From the sequence record OR896820.1: a stretch of 64,000 nucleotides of DNA; one strand, given 5' to 3'. Both the position numbers and the translations under genes were made by a program. The stretch comes from Escherchia phage Stokescottia. Every line of letters begins with the position of its first letter. Within the stretch, counting starts at the first letter, position 1. The notes beneath the pieces are model-generated. The model was not told the DNA's origin and searched no databases. It saw only the letters and a list, made by a program, of their open reading frames with translations. This document shows positions 9,840-19,545 of the stretch, piece by piece.

Positions 9840-10985
9840 ATGACTACTTTACTAAACCTGAATTGGGATCATACTAACGCTGACCTTTTCCTGGGAGATT
9901 CTCTCGGTATCGCAGATTATGTACGTGTAGCACATCCAGAACTAGAACGTCTGGCACTTCTGCAACGCTCTCAATTTTGGACTGAAACTGAAATCAGTCT
10001 GGAAGCAGATAAGAAACAATGGCCTAATCTCCCGCGTGAAATTCAGGAAATTACACTCCTGAACTTAGCATGGCAGACTCAAACTGATTCCTTTATCAGT
10101 CGTGCTCCTGAAGCAGCTATTATGCCGCTTGTAAGTCGTCCAGAATTGGAAGGTATGCTCAAGCAGTGGAGCTACTTCGAAGATCTGCATAGTCGTGCTT
10201 ATAGTAATATTATTCGTAATGTACTGACTGATCCAGCAGAATTTATTGATTCTGTAACCAAAAACCAGGAAGCATTCGCACGAATCGCTGATTCTGTTGA
10301 GCTATTTGATGAGCTATATCAGTTAGGTCAGTATTTCATCGCAGTACGTGATCATCGTGGTGACAATACATATCCAGAAACTGAGTTCCCTGAAGTTAAA
10401 CGTGAAACTCAGGCTAAACTATTAGACGCTTACTTTGCGATCTATGGTCTGGAAGCAATGCAGTTCTACGCATCCTTTGCATGTACCTTTGCATTAGCAG
10501 AGAACGATATTCTGCAAGGTATTGCTAAAAATCTGCAATTAATCGCTAAAGATGAAGCTCTGCACACTCAGATGTCCAAAGCAATCATCCAGATTATGTT
10601 CCAGCAGTTTGACAAAGATCTGGTGGATGAAGCAGTGGCTAAAGCACCAGCACAGCTCCTGAAAACTCTGAAAACTGAAATTGAATGGGGTCATTTCATC
10701 TTCAAAGGTCGTAGTCTGATTGGCTTGAATGCAGAACTTCTAGAAGAATATCTGTACTTTGTGGGGCGTAATGCATTTATGCACATCGGTGTAGAATGGC
10801 CTAGTCATTTACCAGTAATCACCAAAAACCCTATTCCGTGGATCATGAACTGGTTGGATACCACTTCTTTACAGCCTGCTCCACAAGAAATCCAGATTGG
10901 TGCAGCATATCGTGTAGGTCAGGTAACTGAGACCTCTACTGATACTCTGAAAGATCTGGGTAATGAATTTGGAGATTTCTTATGA
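9840..10985 (+). CDS. nrdB: ribonucleoside-diphosphate reductase small subunit
   Basis: 381 aa; R2-like acidic/His iron-ligand pattern; immediately downstream of nrdA. Confidence 0.85.
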   Translation: MTTLLNLNWDHTNADLFLGDSLGIADYVRVAHPELERLALLQRSQFWTETEISLEADKKQWPNLPREIQEITLLNLAWQTQTDSFISRAPEAAIMPLVSRPELEGMLKQWSYFEDLHSRAYSNIIRNVLTDPAEFIDSVTKNQEAFARIADSVELFDELYQLGQYFIAVRDHRGDNTYPETEFPEVKRETQAKLLDAYFAIYGLEAMQFYASFACTFALAENDILQGIAKNLQLIAKDEALHTQMSKAIIQIMFQQFDKDLVDEAVAKAPAQLLKTLKTEIEWGHFIFKGRSLIGLNAELLEEYLYFVGRNAFMHIGVEWPSHLPVITKNPIPWIMNWLDTTSLQPAPQEIQIGAAYRVGQVTETSTDTLKDLGNEFGDFL

Positions 10986-11515
10986 TTACAGCAATGTATG
11001 CAGTTGGGCCGAATGGGGAGTTCGGCCTCCGCGGTAAACTTCCATGGGGTTCCTTCAAAGAAGAACTAGATGCTTTCTATTCTCAATTGGACGTGTTGAA
11101 TCCAGATAACATCATCATTGGTGCTGGTACTTATTTAGCTCTCCCATACGCCGTTAGGGAACGTATGATTGGAGCTTCCGACCTATTTATTCGTGCTGAT
11201 CGTCCACTGCCAGACGATATTACACATGATATTTACACCCCAATTTCTAAGATCGGGGATACATTGCCTACGTTCTTAAAAGATCAACAGACAGTGGTTT
11301 TAGGTGGTGCAACATTACTGTACGAAATGTATATTCATGGTCATATTGAAAGTGCTTTCGTATCCACAATCTTTAGTAATCAAAAACTAGAGGCAGATGT
11401 ACATCTGGATAATACGATTCTAGATTACAACTATGAATCTACTCGTTTAGTTTACGCAACCGGCGCAAACAGTGATAACAGCCTGCGATTTGTACAGGAA
11501 TTGGTTACTTATTAA
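10982..11515 (+). CDS. dihydrofolate reductase-like protein
   Basis: N-terminal M.AV...G.G..G.LPW resembles DHFR; sits between nrdB and the thyA homolog; start overlaps nrdB stop (ATGA). Confidence 0.6.
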   Translation: MITAMYAVGPNGEFGLRGKLPWGSFKEELDAFYSQLDVLNPDNIIIGAGTYLALPYAVRERMIGASDLFIRADRPLPDDITHDIYTPISKIGDTLPTFLKDQQTVVLGGATLLYEMYIHGHIESAFVSTIFSNQKLEADVHLDNTILDYNYESTRLVYATGANSDNSLRFVQELVTY

Positions 11516-12369
11516 TGGATCAGTATATCGAAGTTGGAAAACGTATTCTATCAGAGGGTCAGTGGGTAACGAATCCTAGAACAGGGGTTCGTTGCCTCAC
11601 TATTATTGATGCAGACTTTACTTTTAACGTAGGTGCAGGTGAATTTCCACTTATTACTACTCGTAAGGCGTTTGCAAAACAAGCAATAATGGAAATGATT
11701 GGGTATCTACGTGGGTATGATTCAGCAGCACAATTCCGCGCTATTGGTGTTAACACATGGAATGCTAATGCAAATGAAAACTTAGCTTGGCTAGACAATC
11801 CATACCGTAAAGGTGAGGATGATATGGGACGAGTCTATGGTGTTCAAGGACGTCAGTGGACTAATTCCGATGGTCTTATGTTTGACCAACTAGCCAAGAT
11901 TTATCATAATCTGAAAAATGGCATTGATGATCGTGGGGAAATTCTAACATTCTGGAATCCGGGAGAGTTCTCAAAGGGTTGCTTACGTCCATGTATGCAC
12001 ACTCATCAGTTCTCTATTTTGGGAGATACATTATATCTGAACTCTTTCCAGAGATCTAATGACTTCCTGTTAGGCCAAGTATTTAACATGGTTCAGTGCT
12101 ATACGCTTCTAGCATTAATGGCACAGATTACAGGCCTTAAACCAGGAATTGCACGCCAGAAGATTATCAATCTTCATATCTATGAGGATCAGTATAACGT
12201 TCTTATGGAGCATAAGCAATTCGATCGTGAACCTTTTGCACCTCCTACTCTAGAAATCAATCCAAATATCCGAACTCTGGAGGATGTATTGACCTGGGTA
12301 AATAAGGATGATTTTACTGTTCGTGGTTACAAACACCATCCTGCTATTGCATACCCCTTTACGGTATAA
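11515..12369 (+). CDS. thymidylate synthase homolog (ThyA fold, atypical active-site neighbourhood)
   Basis: RTG near N-terminus, Cys in [15 protein letters not shown] and FNMV blocks align with ThyA; His after the catalytic Cys is replaced and the GGDxH block is not evident. Confidence 0.7.
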   Translation: MDQYIEVGKRILSEGQWVTNPRTGVRCLTIIDADFTFNVGAGEFPLITTRKAFAKQAIMEMIGYLRGYDSAAQFRAIGVNTWNANANENLAWLDNPYRKGEDDMGRVYGVQGRQWTNSDGLMFDQLAKIYHNLKNGIDDRGEILTFWNPGEFSKGCLRPCMHTHQFSILGDTLYLNSFQRSNDFLLGQVFNMVQCYTLLALMAQITGLKPGIARQKIINLHIYEDQYNVLMEHKQFDREPFAPPTLEINPNIRTLEDVLTWVNKDDFTVRGYKHHPAIAYPFTV

Positions 12370-12372
12370 TAT

Positions 12373-12726
12373 ATGTTTACAATATTATTATTTGTTATAT
12401 TCTTCCTGAAACATTTTATGGCTGATTATCCCCTCCAAACTCCATACATGTTAAGGAAGACTCACAAAATAGGATGGAAACTTCCATTACTAACCCATTC
12501 TCTAGTACATGCTGGACTAACCTTTATAATTCTTACTATGTTCACATCACTAGGAATGGCTATAACTTTAGCTATAATGGAATTAATCCTACACTTTATC
12601 ATAGATTACTGGAAAGCACAACGCTGTAAATACGATATAAGTGATTCCAAGTTTTGGATAGCTTTAGGATTTGATCAGTTACTCCATTACTTAACCTATG
12701 CTCTCATAATCTTGATTATAATTTAA
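12373..12726 (+). CDS. small integral membrane protein
   Basis: Three or four hydrophobic segments. Confidence 0.5.
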   Translation: MFTILLFVIFFLKHFMADYPLQTPYMLRKTHKIGWKLPLLTHSLVHAGLTFIILTMFTSLGMAITLAIMELILHFIIDYWKAQRCKYDISDSKFWIALGFDQLLHYLTYALIILIII

Positions 12727-12733
12727 CTCAAAT

Positions 12734-12756
12734 AGCCCTTCGGGGCTATTATATTT
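12734..12756 (+). terminator. rho-independent terminator
   Basis: AGCCC-TTCG-GGGCT hairpin followed by T-rich tract. Confidence 0.55.
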
Positions 12757-12765
12757 AAATTTCAT

Positions 12766-12794
12766 TTGCTTATTTAGTGAAATTTAAATATAAT
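12766..12794 (+). promoter_or_regulatory. sigma70-type early promoter
   Basis: TTGCTT 12766-12771, TATAAT 12789-12794. Confidence 0.55.
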
Positions 12795-12819
12795 ATATTT
12801 TATAAATTGGAGGTATATA

Positions 12820-13101
12820 ATGATTTCAGCCAAAGAAGCTCAAGAACTCGCAGGATTAACAGAAGTACCCGCATTTCTAAAGTTTATAGAAGAAAAGATT
12901 GTAGAAGCTGCTAAGTCTGGAAATACAGAAGTAATTATTCGAGATAATCCTTACGCTAGGTGGCTATATAATCCTAGAGAAATGCCAGGAGCAGCTAAAT
13001 CAGTACTAAAAACCTTATCGGATAAGGGGTATCATCTCTCACAATACTACCGAGAAGCCGCCTTTGTAGACATGGGTCTTAAAATTAGTTGGGAGGTATA
13101 A
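12820..13101 (+). CDS. hypothetical protein
   Basis: ORF track; RBS ggaggt upstream. Confidence 0.5.
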   Translation: MISAKEAQELAGLTEVPAFLKFIEEKIVEAAKSGNTEVIIRDNPYARWLYNPREMPGAAKSVLKTLSDKGYHLSQYYREAAFVDMGLKISWEV

Positions 13102-13577
13102 TGTCGGTTTTCCACATTTACACAGATGGTGCTTGTAAGTCTAACCCAGGTCCAGGTGCTTGGGGTTTTATTGTCTATGATGATAACGACGATCGTTTAG
13201 GTTCTAAATCTGGTTATAATCCTAAAACTACAAATAATGAGATGGAACTCACAGCTATTGTAGAAGCTCTACGTTGGTCCGTTAAAAAAGATAATAGACC
13301 AATTGCTATCTATACTGACTCTGCTTATTGCAAAAACGGCATGGAAAGTTGGATGTTTTCTTGGCAAAGGAAAGGCTGGAAGAAAGCAGATGGTGAAGTT
13401 CCTCTTAATCTAGAACTTTGGCAGGAAGCATTTAAATTAACACAGCAGTATATCAACTTTCATAATACTAATCCTACCTTTATTAAGGTTAAAGGACATT
13501 CTGGTATTAGTGGTAATGAAGCTGTAGATGCATTGTGTAATACTGTTATTACTGAGCAAGAACTTGCCGAGATGTGA
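13089..13577 (+). CDS. rnhA: ribonuclease HI
   Basis: IYTDGAC...PG.GAWG, TNNEMEL, YTDS, KGHSG..GNE.VD: RNase H catalytic D/E/D/D pattern. Confidence 0.85.
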   Translation: MGGIMSVFHIYTDGACKSNPGPGAWGFIVYDDNDDRLGSKSGYNPKTTNNEMELTAIVEALRWSVKKDNRPIAIYTDSAYCKNGMESWMFSWQRKGWKKADGEVPLNLELWQEAFKLTQQYINFHNTNPTFIKVKGHSGISGNEAVDALCNTVITEQELAEM

Positions 13578-13597
13578 TAAATAAATTAAAAATTTTC

Positions 13598-13626
13598 TTG
13601 CTTAAAGCCCTCTAATTTAGTATAAT
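13598..13626 (+). promoter_or_regulatory. sigma70-type early promoter
   Basis: TTGCTT 13598-13603, TATAAT 13621-13626. Confidence 0.55.
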
Positions 13627-13653
13627 ATTCATATTGAAAGTGAGGAGGGCTTT

Positions 13654-13938
13654 ATGCGGATTTATAACTCAAATTCATTAGGATTTAAACCATTGAGAAA
13701 ACGTGCACAATCACCTCGTCAAATAAGAAAGGCTAATATTGGTGAGCCAGAGACACGACTTCCACCTCCTCCAGAACAACGTTTAGTTTATCTGGACGAA
13801 GAATTAGCGGAATGCGAAAGAAAAGCTCAAGAAGAGATTGAGCGTAAGAAAATGTGTACTGCTCCAGCCTACTCCAAAGGGGCTTATCAGTATATCTATA
13901 CAGCCGAGGAGGCTAAAGATGCGGGGCGTAAAAAATGA
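13654..13938 (+). CDS. hypothetical protein
   Basis: ORF track; RBS gaggag. Confidence 0.5.
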   Translation: MRIYNSNSLGFKPLRKRAQSPRQIRKANIGEPETRLPPPPEQRLVYLDEELAECERKAQEEIERKKMCTAPAYSKGAYQYIYTAEEAKDAGRKK

Positions 13939-14384
13939 AGATTACTGAATTTAAAGGTACTTATAGTTTCTTATCAAACTTTTATTTATCACCAATTACT
14001 TTCGAATATCTAAATGAAATATGGCATGCTGATACTGTAGAACATGCTTTTCAGGCTATGAAATCCGACCAAAAAGATGATGTAGCTCATGTACTGCGCT
14101 CCCTAAATGCAGGAGTTGCCAAACGTAGAGGACGTAAATTAACTCTACGCTCTGACTGGGATAAGGTAAAAGATGATGTAATGCTAGAGCTTTTACGGTT
14201 AAAGTTTGCAATCCCTGATTTGAGAGACAAACTGTTAGCAACAAAAAATGCAACTTTGATCGAAGGAAATACCTGGGGAGATACATATTGGGGTGTTTGC
14301 CGAGGCATTGGGGATAATACTCTAGGTGTTCTTTTGATGCAGGTAAGGTCTGAAATTAAAAGAAGCTTACAGTTAATAAATTAA
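13935..14384 (+). CDS. NADAR (YbiA-like) domain protein
   Basis: FLSNFY and EHAFQA.K motifs typical of the NADAR/DUF1768 family. Confidence 0.7.
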   Translation: MKITEFKGTYSFLSNFYLSPITFEYLNEIWHADTVEHAFQAMKSDQKDDVAHVLRSLNAGVAKRRGRKLTLRSDWDKVKDDVMLELLRLKFAIPDLRDKLLATKNATLIEGNTWGDTYWGVCRGIGDNTLGVLLMQVRSEIKRSLQLIN

Positions 14385-14392
14385 AAATTCAT

Positions 14393-14421
14393 TTGCTAAA
14401 CGCTTCAAATTCTCGTATAAT
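14393..14421 (+). promoter_or_regulatory. sigma70-type early promoter
   Basis: TTGCTA 14393-14398, TATAAT 14416-14421, then ATAAATTGAT. Confidence 0.6.
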
Positions 14422-14459
14422 ATACTTCATAAATTGATAAACAAAAAGGAAAACAAATA

Positions 14460-14975
14460 ATGGCTAAGCAGAAAAACGCAAAAACTCAAGCAGCTCCGGC
14501 AGTTAAAACTTTCCCGCAGACCGAGGCTAATCGCAAAGATCGCCTGGAACGTCACCTGCGTAAGCATCCTACCGATACCCAGGCTGCGCAAGCACTGAAT
14601 AATCCGGCTCCGATTCGTCAGAAGCCTAAAGCTAAAAATGCCACCCGTAAATCCTACAAAATGGTTATGTATGTAGAAAATTACGGCCACAAATCTGTCC
14701 CAGTTTCCCTGAGCTTTAACGCTGGGGCTGAATTGTTCTCTCGTAATGGTATGTCTATGAAAGACTATGAGAAGGCAGTTAACCAGAAGCGTAAACCAAC
14801 AGCAGATGTATTGCGTGATACTCGTGGACAGTTTGGTTCTGTTAAGCCAAATATCTTTGGCGTAGAGTATAGTAAAGATAATGTTCGTGCTCTGTGTTAC
14901 GGTGTAGGCATTAAGTTCACGGGTGATTCTGCTCGTAAATCTGCTAAACCAGCTCGTAAGCGTAAAGCGAAGTAA
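14460..14975 (+). CDS. hypothetical basic protein
   Basis: 171 aa, Lys/Arg-rich termini. Confidence 0.55.
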   Translation: MAKQKNAKTQAAPAVKTFPQTEANRKDRLERHLRKHPTDTQAAQALNNPAPIRQKPKAKNATRKSYKMVMYVENYGHKSVPVSLSFNAGAELFSRNGMSMKDYEKAVNQKRKPTADVLRDTRGQFGSVKPNIFGVEYSKDNVRALCYGVGIKFTGDSARKSAKPARKRKAK

Positions 14976-15039
14976 TAGATAAATAGGGGCGAAAGCCCCT
15001 ACAATCGATTAATTCTCTAACTAATCAAGGATATTTTTT

Positions 15040-15255
15040 ATGTTCTCTAAGAAACCACGTTCTGTTACTGAAATTGTTGCTTCCTTTACCACTATCACTG
15101 ATGAACTTCAAGCTCGTATTGAGGCTGATCAAAAAATCGCAGCTGATATTCAGAAACAGCAGGAAGAACTCGCTTTAAAGTTGGCTGAAACTAACAAGAG
15201 TGAAAAATCTGCCCAAACTATTATGGAAAATATCCTTAAACTGCTGGGCAAGTGA
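15040..15255 (+). CDS. hypothetical protein
   Basis: ORF track. Confidence 0.45.
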   Translation: MFSKKPRSVTEIVASFTTITDELQARIEADQKIAADIQKQQEELALKLAETNKSEKSAQTIMENILKLLGK

Positions 15256-15263
15256 TTTAAATC

Positions 15264-15290
15264 AGGGGGCAAAAGCCCCTCTTATTTGGA
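15264..15290 (+). terminator. putative terminator hairpin
   Basis: AGGGGGC-AAAA-GCCCCT hairpin followed by CTTATTT. Confidence 0.45.
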
Positions 15291-15296
15291 GAAACT

Positions 15297-15518
15297 ATGC
15301 GTAATTTTGTAGCAAAGAATGATTTTAACCGTGCTAGCACCCATAAGTCAGCTAGGGATTATACACGACTTTCTAGTCATGAGGTAATGGATTTAGCAGT
15401 GGATGAGTTAGACTTAGATGACCCCTATATGGAAGAGAACTGGGATGTCAGTGAGGATATGCTTCCTGGTTTTAAAGACCCCAAGAAGTGGGAGTCTATT
15501 AAAGAGACAGCTCTTTAA
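15297..15518 (+). CDS. hypothetical protein
   Basis: ORF track. Confidence 0.45.
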   Translation: MRNFVAKNDFNRASTHKSARDYTRLSSHEVMDLAVDELDLDDPYMEENWDVSEDMLPGFKDPKKWESIKETAL

Positions 15519-15546
15519 TAGTTTTCTACACAATAAAGGATAAGTT

Positions 15547-16248
15547 ATGAAAGTAAAACCATTTGGTATGCTAGATATTGAATCTCTAGGAACTCCAGGA
15601 GATTGTGGTACTACTCATATCGCAATGCCTTCTTTCGCTTTTGTGGCTATGCATGGAATTGATAAAGACCCTGATCTAGTATTTGTTACTTTGGATGTGC
15701 AAGATCAACTTAATTCTGGTGCCAAAGTCACAGCATCTACTCTAGCATTCTGGATGGATCAAGCTAAAAATAGTCCGTCTGCTATCCACATTATGGAAGC
15801 TATGAAGGAACGTAATCCAAAACTGATTGCCTTCCAAAATGGTAAACATCATTGCACTAATAAATTAGGCTCAAACTATGCTGCCTTCTCTATGGCTCAA
15901 AATATTATGGAGTTGGCTCTAGGCGAAAATGCTTTGTATTATGGCAATGGCCCAGAGTTTGATATGACTATCTACTCTGCAAATACGTTCCATGCTGGAA
16001 CCAATGAAGAGGTAGTTCCGTGGAAATTCTGGAATTTGGGCAATGTTCGATCTCTTCGTAATCTCTGGATGCAAGCTGGATACAGTTATAAAGCTCTAGA
16101 GACCGAAGGTATTAGCTGGGCAATAGCTAAAATGGAGAAGATGGACACTATTCGTTATGGGATCTATCCAGTTAAGCACGACCCAGCATTCGATGCCTTA
16201 GTTGAGAGCTATTGTGTTGCAGCTATGATCGAAAAAATGAAAATTTGA
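15547..16248 (+). CDS. DEDDh-type 3'-5' exonuclease
   Basis: Exo I LDIESLG, Exo II NGPEFD, Exo III H-x4-D (KHDPAFD). Confidence 0.65.
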   Translation: MKVKPFGMLDIESLGTPGDCGTTHIAMPSFAFVAMHGIDKDPDLVFVTLDVQDQLNSGAKVTASTLAFWMDQAKNSPSAIHIMEAMKERNPKLIAFQNGKHHCTNKLGSNYAAFSMAQNIMELALGENALYYGNGPEFDMTIYSANTFHAGTNEEVVPWKFWNLGNVRSLRNLWMQAGYSYKALETEGISWAIAKMEKMDTIRYGIYPVKHDPAFDALVESYCVAAMIEKMKI

Positions 16249-16249
16249 T

Positions 16250-16278
16250 TTGCTTCCGGCTCCAAAATTCTGTATAAT
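16250..16278 (+). promoter_or_regulatory. sigma70-type early promoter
   Basis: TTGCTT 16250-16255, TATAAT 16273-16278. Confidence 0.6.
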
Positions 16279-16318
16279 ATATTCATAAATTTGAGAAAAC
16301 AATAAAAGGAAAACAAAT

Positions 16319-16501
16319 ATGCCAGTATCTAAAAATGTTCGTAAAAATGGTAAGAAAGCTACTCGTGATCTGGGTATCCGTCGTATGGCTGAACGTCAAT
16401 CAGGTATCCAGAAAATCTTTAATCTACTAAATCGTGCTAATCCTAAAATTGATAACAGTAACGATACTGTTCTGCGCACTCTGCTGGCAATTGGTCTGTA
16501 A
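16319..16501 (+). CDS. small basic protein
   Basis: ORF track. Confidence 0.45.
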   Translation: MPVSKNVRKNGKKATRDLGIRRMAERQSGIQKIFNLLNRANPKIDNSNDTVLRTLLAIGL

Positions 16502-16554
16502 TAGACCAAATTTAAACAAATTCAAATCTCAAACTTCGTATAAGGAAGCAAATA

Positions 16555-17193
16555 ATGACTACTCGTATTTCTAAAACTCGCGCTCTGGCAACTATCAAAT
16601 CTCTGGAAGCTAAAATCCGTAAAGCTACTGAACAGCAGCTTCTGATTGCTGTTGGTGAAGGTAAGGATAAAAACCAGGTTGTAGTTGGCGCTGCAATCGA
16701 AGTAGCTGATCTGTCTACCCGTATTAAGACTGATTTCCAATCTCTGCTGGATATGATGTCTCAGCGTGATCGTATCAAATCTGCTCTGATTAAGAGCAAT
16801 GCAGAAACAATCGTTGAGATCGGTTCTCGTAAAATGACTGTTGCGGAAGCAATTGAAGCTAAGCGCTCTATGGAGCTTAAAGCTCAACTGCTGGCTAACA
16901 TGCGTAAGCAGTTCCATGCCGCTACGGTTAAATTTAATACGCAGAAAGCACAATTTGATGCTAAATATGAGCGTTTACAGGATAGTATGGCTACTCGCGA
17001 TAAGAAAACTTCCGAAGATGAAGTTAAAATGCAGCTCAACCTGCTGGAACTCAAGAATACTCCATTCTTGATTGACCCGCTGGAACTGGAAAAGCTGATT
17101 AAGCAGCATGACGAGGAATATCAGGACTTTGCAACAAATGTTGACTTTGTTCTGTCCGAGTCTAACGCCTCTACCTTCATTGAAGTAGAGTAA
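16555..17193 (+). CDS. hypothetical protein
   Basis: 212 aa, coiled-coil-like. Confidence 0.5.
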   Translation: MTTRISKTRALATIKSLEAKIRKATEQQLLIAVGEGKDKNQVVVGAAIEVADLSTRIKTDFQSLLDMMSQRDRIKSALIKSNAETIVEIGSRKMTVAEAIEAKRSMELKAQLLANMRKQFHAATVKFNTQKAQFDAKYERLQDSMATRDKKTSEDEVKMQLNLLELKNTPFLIDPLELEKLIKQHDEEYQDFATNVDFVLSESNASTFIEVE

Positions 17194-17576
17194 TAATTTA
17201 AAAGCTAGTAAATCGGTAGACGAAAGCCCAAGCATCTTACCTCGCAGCAGCGGTTGAAATACGAGGTTAAATAAGACCGCTGACCATACTATAAAGTATA
17301 ATCTATTGGAGATTATGTTTATTACACCAGCCTTTTAAGCTGACACGTAAGAACAAAGCGTCGTTGATATTACCGACACAACTTCAAAGATCAACATTTA
17401 AGTATGAAAGCTGAAAAGTTTAAAGAACTCAAACTTCTAAACTTCTAAAGCTAAAAGATGCAAAGTATTCGTTGATGATTCAAACCCTAGATCAAAGGTA
17501 CATGGCTCATAAGATATGGCCTGTGGCGCCTCTAGGCTGTTTATCGGTTTACTAGTTTCACAATTTAAAAATGTAT

Positions 17577-17605
17577 TTGCTAATTTACTAAGTTATCTGT
17601 ATAAT
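17577..17605 (+). promoter_or_regulatory. sigma70-type early promoter
   Basis: TTGCTA 17577-17582, TATAAT 17600-17605. Confidence 0.6.
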
Positions 17606-17635
17606 ATATTTTTAAATTGATGAAACGAGGCTATT

Positions 17636-17953
17636 ATGACTTTTCATATTTTGATTGATGATGTGCGTAATCTTCACGGAATGGACATTATCATTCGAAC
17701 CCCAGAAGCCGCTGTAGAGTTTCTGAATAAAACTGATACCACAGGCCATTTCGTTTATATGGATAATGACTTGGCTGTAGATGGTATGGAGGGTTATCAA
17801 ATTCTTCGTTTACTCTTAGAATTTGGGCAGAGACCAAAGAAAGTGGTACTAGTAACCTCGAACCCAGTAGCTAAGCAAAATATGCGTAATGATTTGCTTG
17901 ACTTAGGGTATAAAGAAAATCCCAATCGTGTTGAATATGATTGGCAGGAGTAA
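17636..17953 (+). CDS. hypothetical protein (possible receiver-like fold)
   Basis: ORF track; ILIDD...D pattern. Confidence 0.45.
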   Translation: MTFHILIDDVRNLHGMDIIIRTPEAAVEFLNKTDTTGHFVYMDNDLAVDGMEGYQILRLLLEFGQRPKKVVLVTSNPVAKQNMRNDLLDLGYKENPNRVEYDWQE

Positions 17954-18408
17954 AAAGAATGAAGGCAGCTTTGCTTTTAGTAGCTGCCCTTACCTTCAGC
18001 TTTAGTAGTCAGGCATCGCACGATGCAAGAGAAATAGATTGCATTGCTAAAAATATCTATTTCGAAAGTCGTGGTGAGGGCATAAAGGGAATGACGGCGA
18101 TTGCACATGTTACTAAAAACCGTGTAAACTCCGGTAAATTCCCAGATTCCTACTGTAAAGTAGTATATCAGTCTAACCAGTTCTCTTGGGTATCTAAGAG
18201 ACCAAAAGTTGATAAAACTGATGAGGCTTGGCAAACCGCTAAGAATTTAGCTAGAGTGATATACTACGTTGATTTACCACAAGATCCTACACATGGAGCA
18301 CTATACTTCCACAGTGGTAAAGATAAACCTTACTGGACAAAGAAGTTTAAGAAAACAACTAAGATTAAGGGACATACGTTTTATAAACCTGTTGTCACTA
18401 AAACTTAA
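17941..18408 (+). CDS. SleB/CwlJ-family cell wall hydrolase, secreted
   Basis: Signal peptide; CIAKNIYFESRGE...HVTKNRV...YCKVVYQ..QFSW...GALYFH. Confidence 0.75.
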   Translation: MAGVKRMKAALLLVAALTFSFSSQASHDAREIDCIAKNIYFESRGEGIKGMTAIAHVTKNRVNSGKFPDSYCKVVYQSNQFSWVSKRPKVDKTDEAWQTAKNLARVIYYVDLPQDPTHGALYFHSGKDKPYWTKKFKKTTKIKGHTFYKPVVTKT

Positions 18409-18416
18409 AAATTTAC

Positions 18417-18445
18417 TTGCTTAAATACTTAAATTTCCGTATAAT
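18417..18445 (+). promoter_or_regulatory. sigma70-type early promoter
   Basis: TTGCTT 18417-18422, TATAAT 18440-18445. Confidence 0.6.
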
Positions 18446-18646
18446 ACTTCCATAAATTAATGAGAGGAAGCGAAATATGAAATCAGTTGTAATTATTGGT
18501 GTTAACACTCGCGGTATTCGTACTACGAAAACTGTTAAAACTTCTAACGTTGCTGAAATCACTACGAACCCTAAAAAGTTTGATTTCGCCAAAGTCTCAG
18601 CAGTTATGACAGAACAATCTTTTAACCAAGCGTTAGGAATGAAATA

Positions 18647-19090
18647 ATGGAAGAGAATATTTTAGATGTTTTGCGTAGAGCTTTGCAGGATTCTAAGTTT
18701 AATGGTTCTGATAAAGAAGTCGCCAAAAGCTATCAGACCATAATTGGGGATCTTCAGCGTATTGATAAAGATTTCATCACTTCTGAACAATTTGTGTCTT
18801 ATCTCAAAGCTCAACTAAAAAGCATTAACCAGATGAAAGCTAAACTTCATGGTCAAGATCTCGATAGTTATAGCCTACAGTCTGCTCAGTATGAATACAT
18901 TCTAAATAAGTGGTTGCAGGAGTATCTGCCCCCTCAGTTATCTGATACTGAGATTCGTAAATACTTTGCAGAATTAGTTAAGCTAAACCCTGGAATTACA
19001 AAGGGTATGCTGATGAAAGCGATTAAGGAAGAATTTCCTGGGCGTTATGATGGTGGTACTGCTGCTCAGATTGCTGGCGAATTTAATTAA
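18647..19090 (+). CDS. GatB/YqeY domain protein
   Basis: C-terminal KGMLMKAIKEEFPGRYDGGTAAQIAGE matches YqeY-like domain. Confidence 0.65.
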   Translation: MEENILDVLRRALQDSKFNGSDKEVAKSYQTIIGDLQRIDKDFITSEQFVSYLKAQLKSINQMKAKLHGQDLDSYSLQSAQYEYILNKWLQEYLPPQLSDTEIRKYFAELVKLNPGITKGMLMKAIKEEFPGRYDGGTAAQIAGEFN

Positions 19091-19098
19091 AAATTCAT

Positions 19099-19127
19099 TT
19101 GCTAAATGCTTATAAATTCTGTATAAT
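19099..19127 (+). promoter_or_regulatory. sigma70-type early promoter driving non-coding region
   Basis: TTGCTA 19099-19104, TATAAT 19122-19127; no ORF downstream. Confidence 0.6.
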
Positions 19128-19140
19128 ATATTCATAAATT

Positions 19141-19545
19141 AGGGAACAGCGAGCCGATTACGCTGAGTGCAGAATCCCAACCGGAGCGCATTGAATAGAG
19201 TCGGTGGGTTAGTTGTAAAACTAGTACACAGGGGGCGGCAATTCCGGTTAGTGGCTAGAACGTGTAAAATGAGGCGTCTGAAACCTCTCCCCTAAACTCT
19301 TCTCTAATTTATAAATAGTGGGGTGTGGAAATCACTTATGTAGTAACACTGCCGTCCTAGTATAATTGGTATTATCAAGCCGTAACTGGTGGAAGATGTA
19401 GGTTCGAATCCTACGGTCGGTAAGAACTGGATAACTGGTGCTTTTAACGTAAAAGCTTCCGAGGTTAGTTGCGCACTGCCTAAACCACGCGGTAGTTGGT
19501 TCCAGACTAACCAACCAGTCTGCTGAATAGTTTTATTACGATTTA
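19141..19545 (+). ncRNA. candidate structured non-coding RNA(s), unassigned
   Basis: Promoter-driven ~400 nt without ORF; contains T-arm-like GTAGGTTCGAATCCTAC and a terminal hairpin GTTGGTT-CCAGACT-AACCAAC followed by T-rich tract. Confidence 0.3.

Noticed and set aside
4059-12369. Group I introns interrupting nrdD, nrdA, nrdB or the thyA homolog
   Set aside because: Each gene is a single uninterrupted ORF of expected length with motifs in order; nothing indicates splicing.
14985-15000. Terminator hairpin AGGGGCGAAAGCCCCT after the 14460..14975 gene
   Set aside because: Good stem but no downstream U-tract; may be a stabilising hairpin rather than an intrinsic terminator, so not listed as a feature.
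19350-19420. tRNA gene around the GTAGGTTCGAATCCTAC T-arm-like motif
   Set aside because: No acceptor stem pairs with the 3' flank, no anticodon stem-loop with a proper 7-nt loop could be formed, and there is no CCA; kept only as part of an unassigned ncRNA region.
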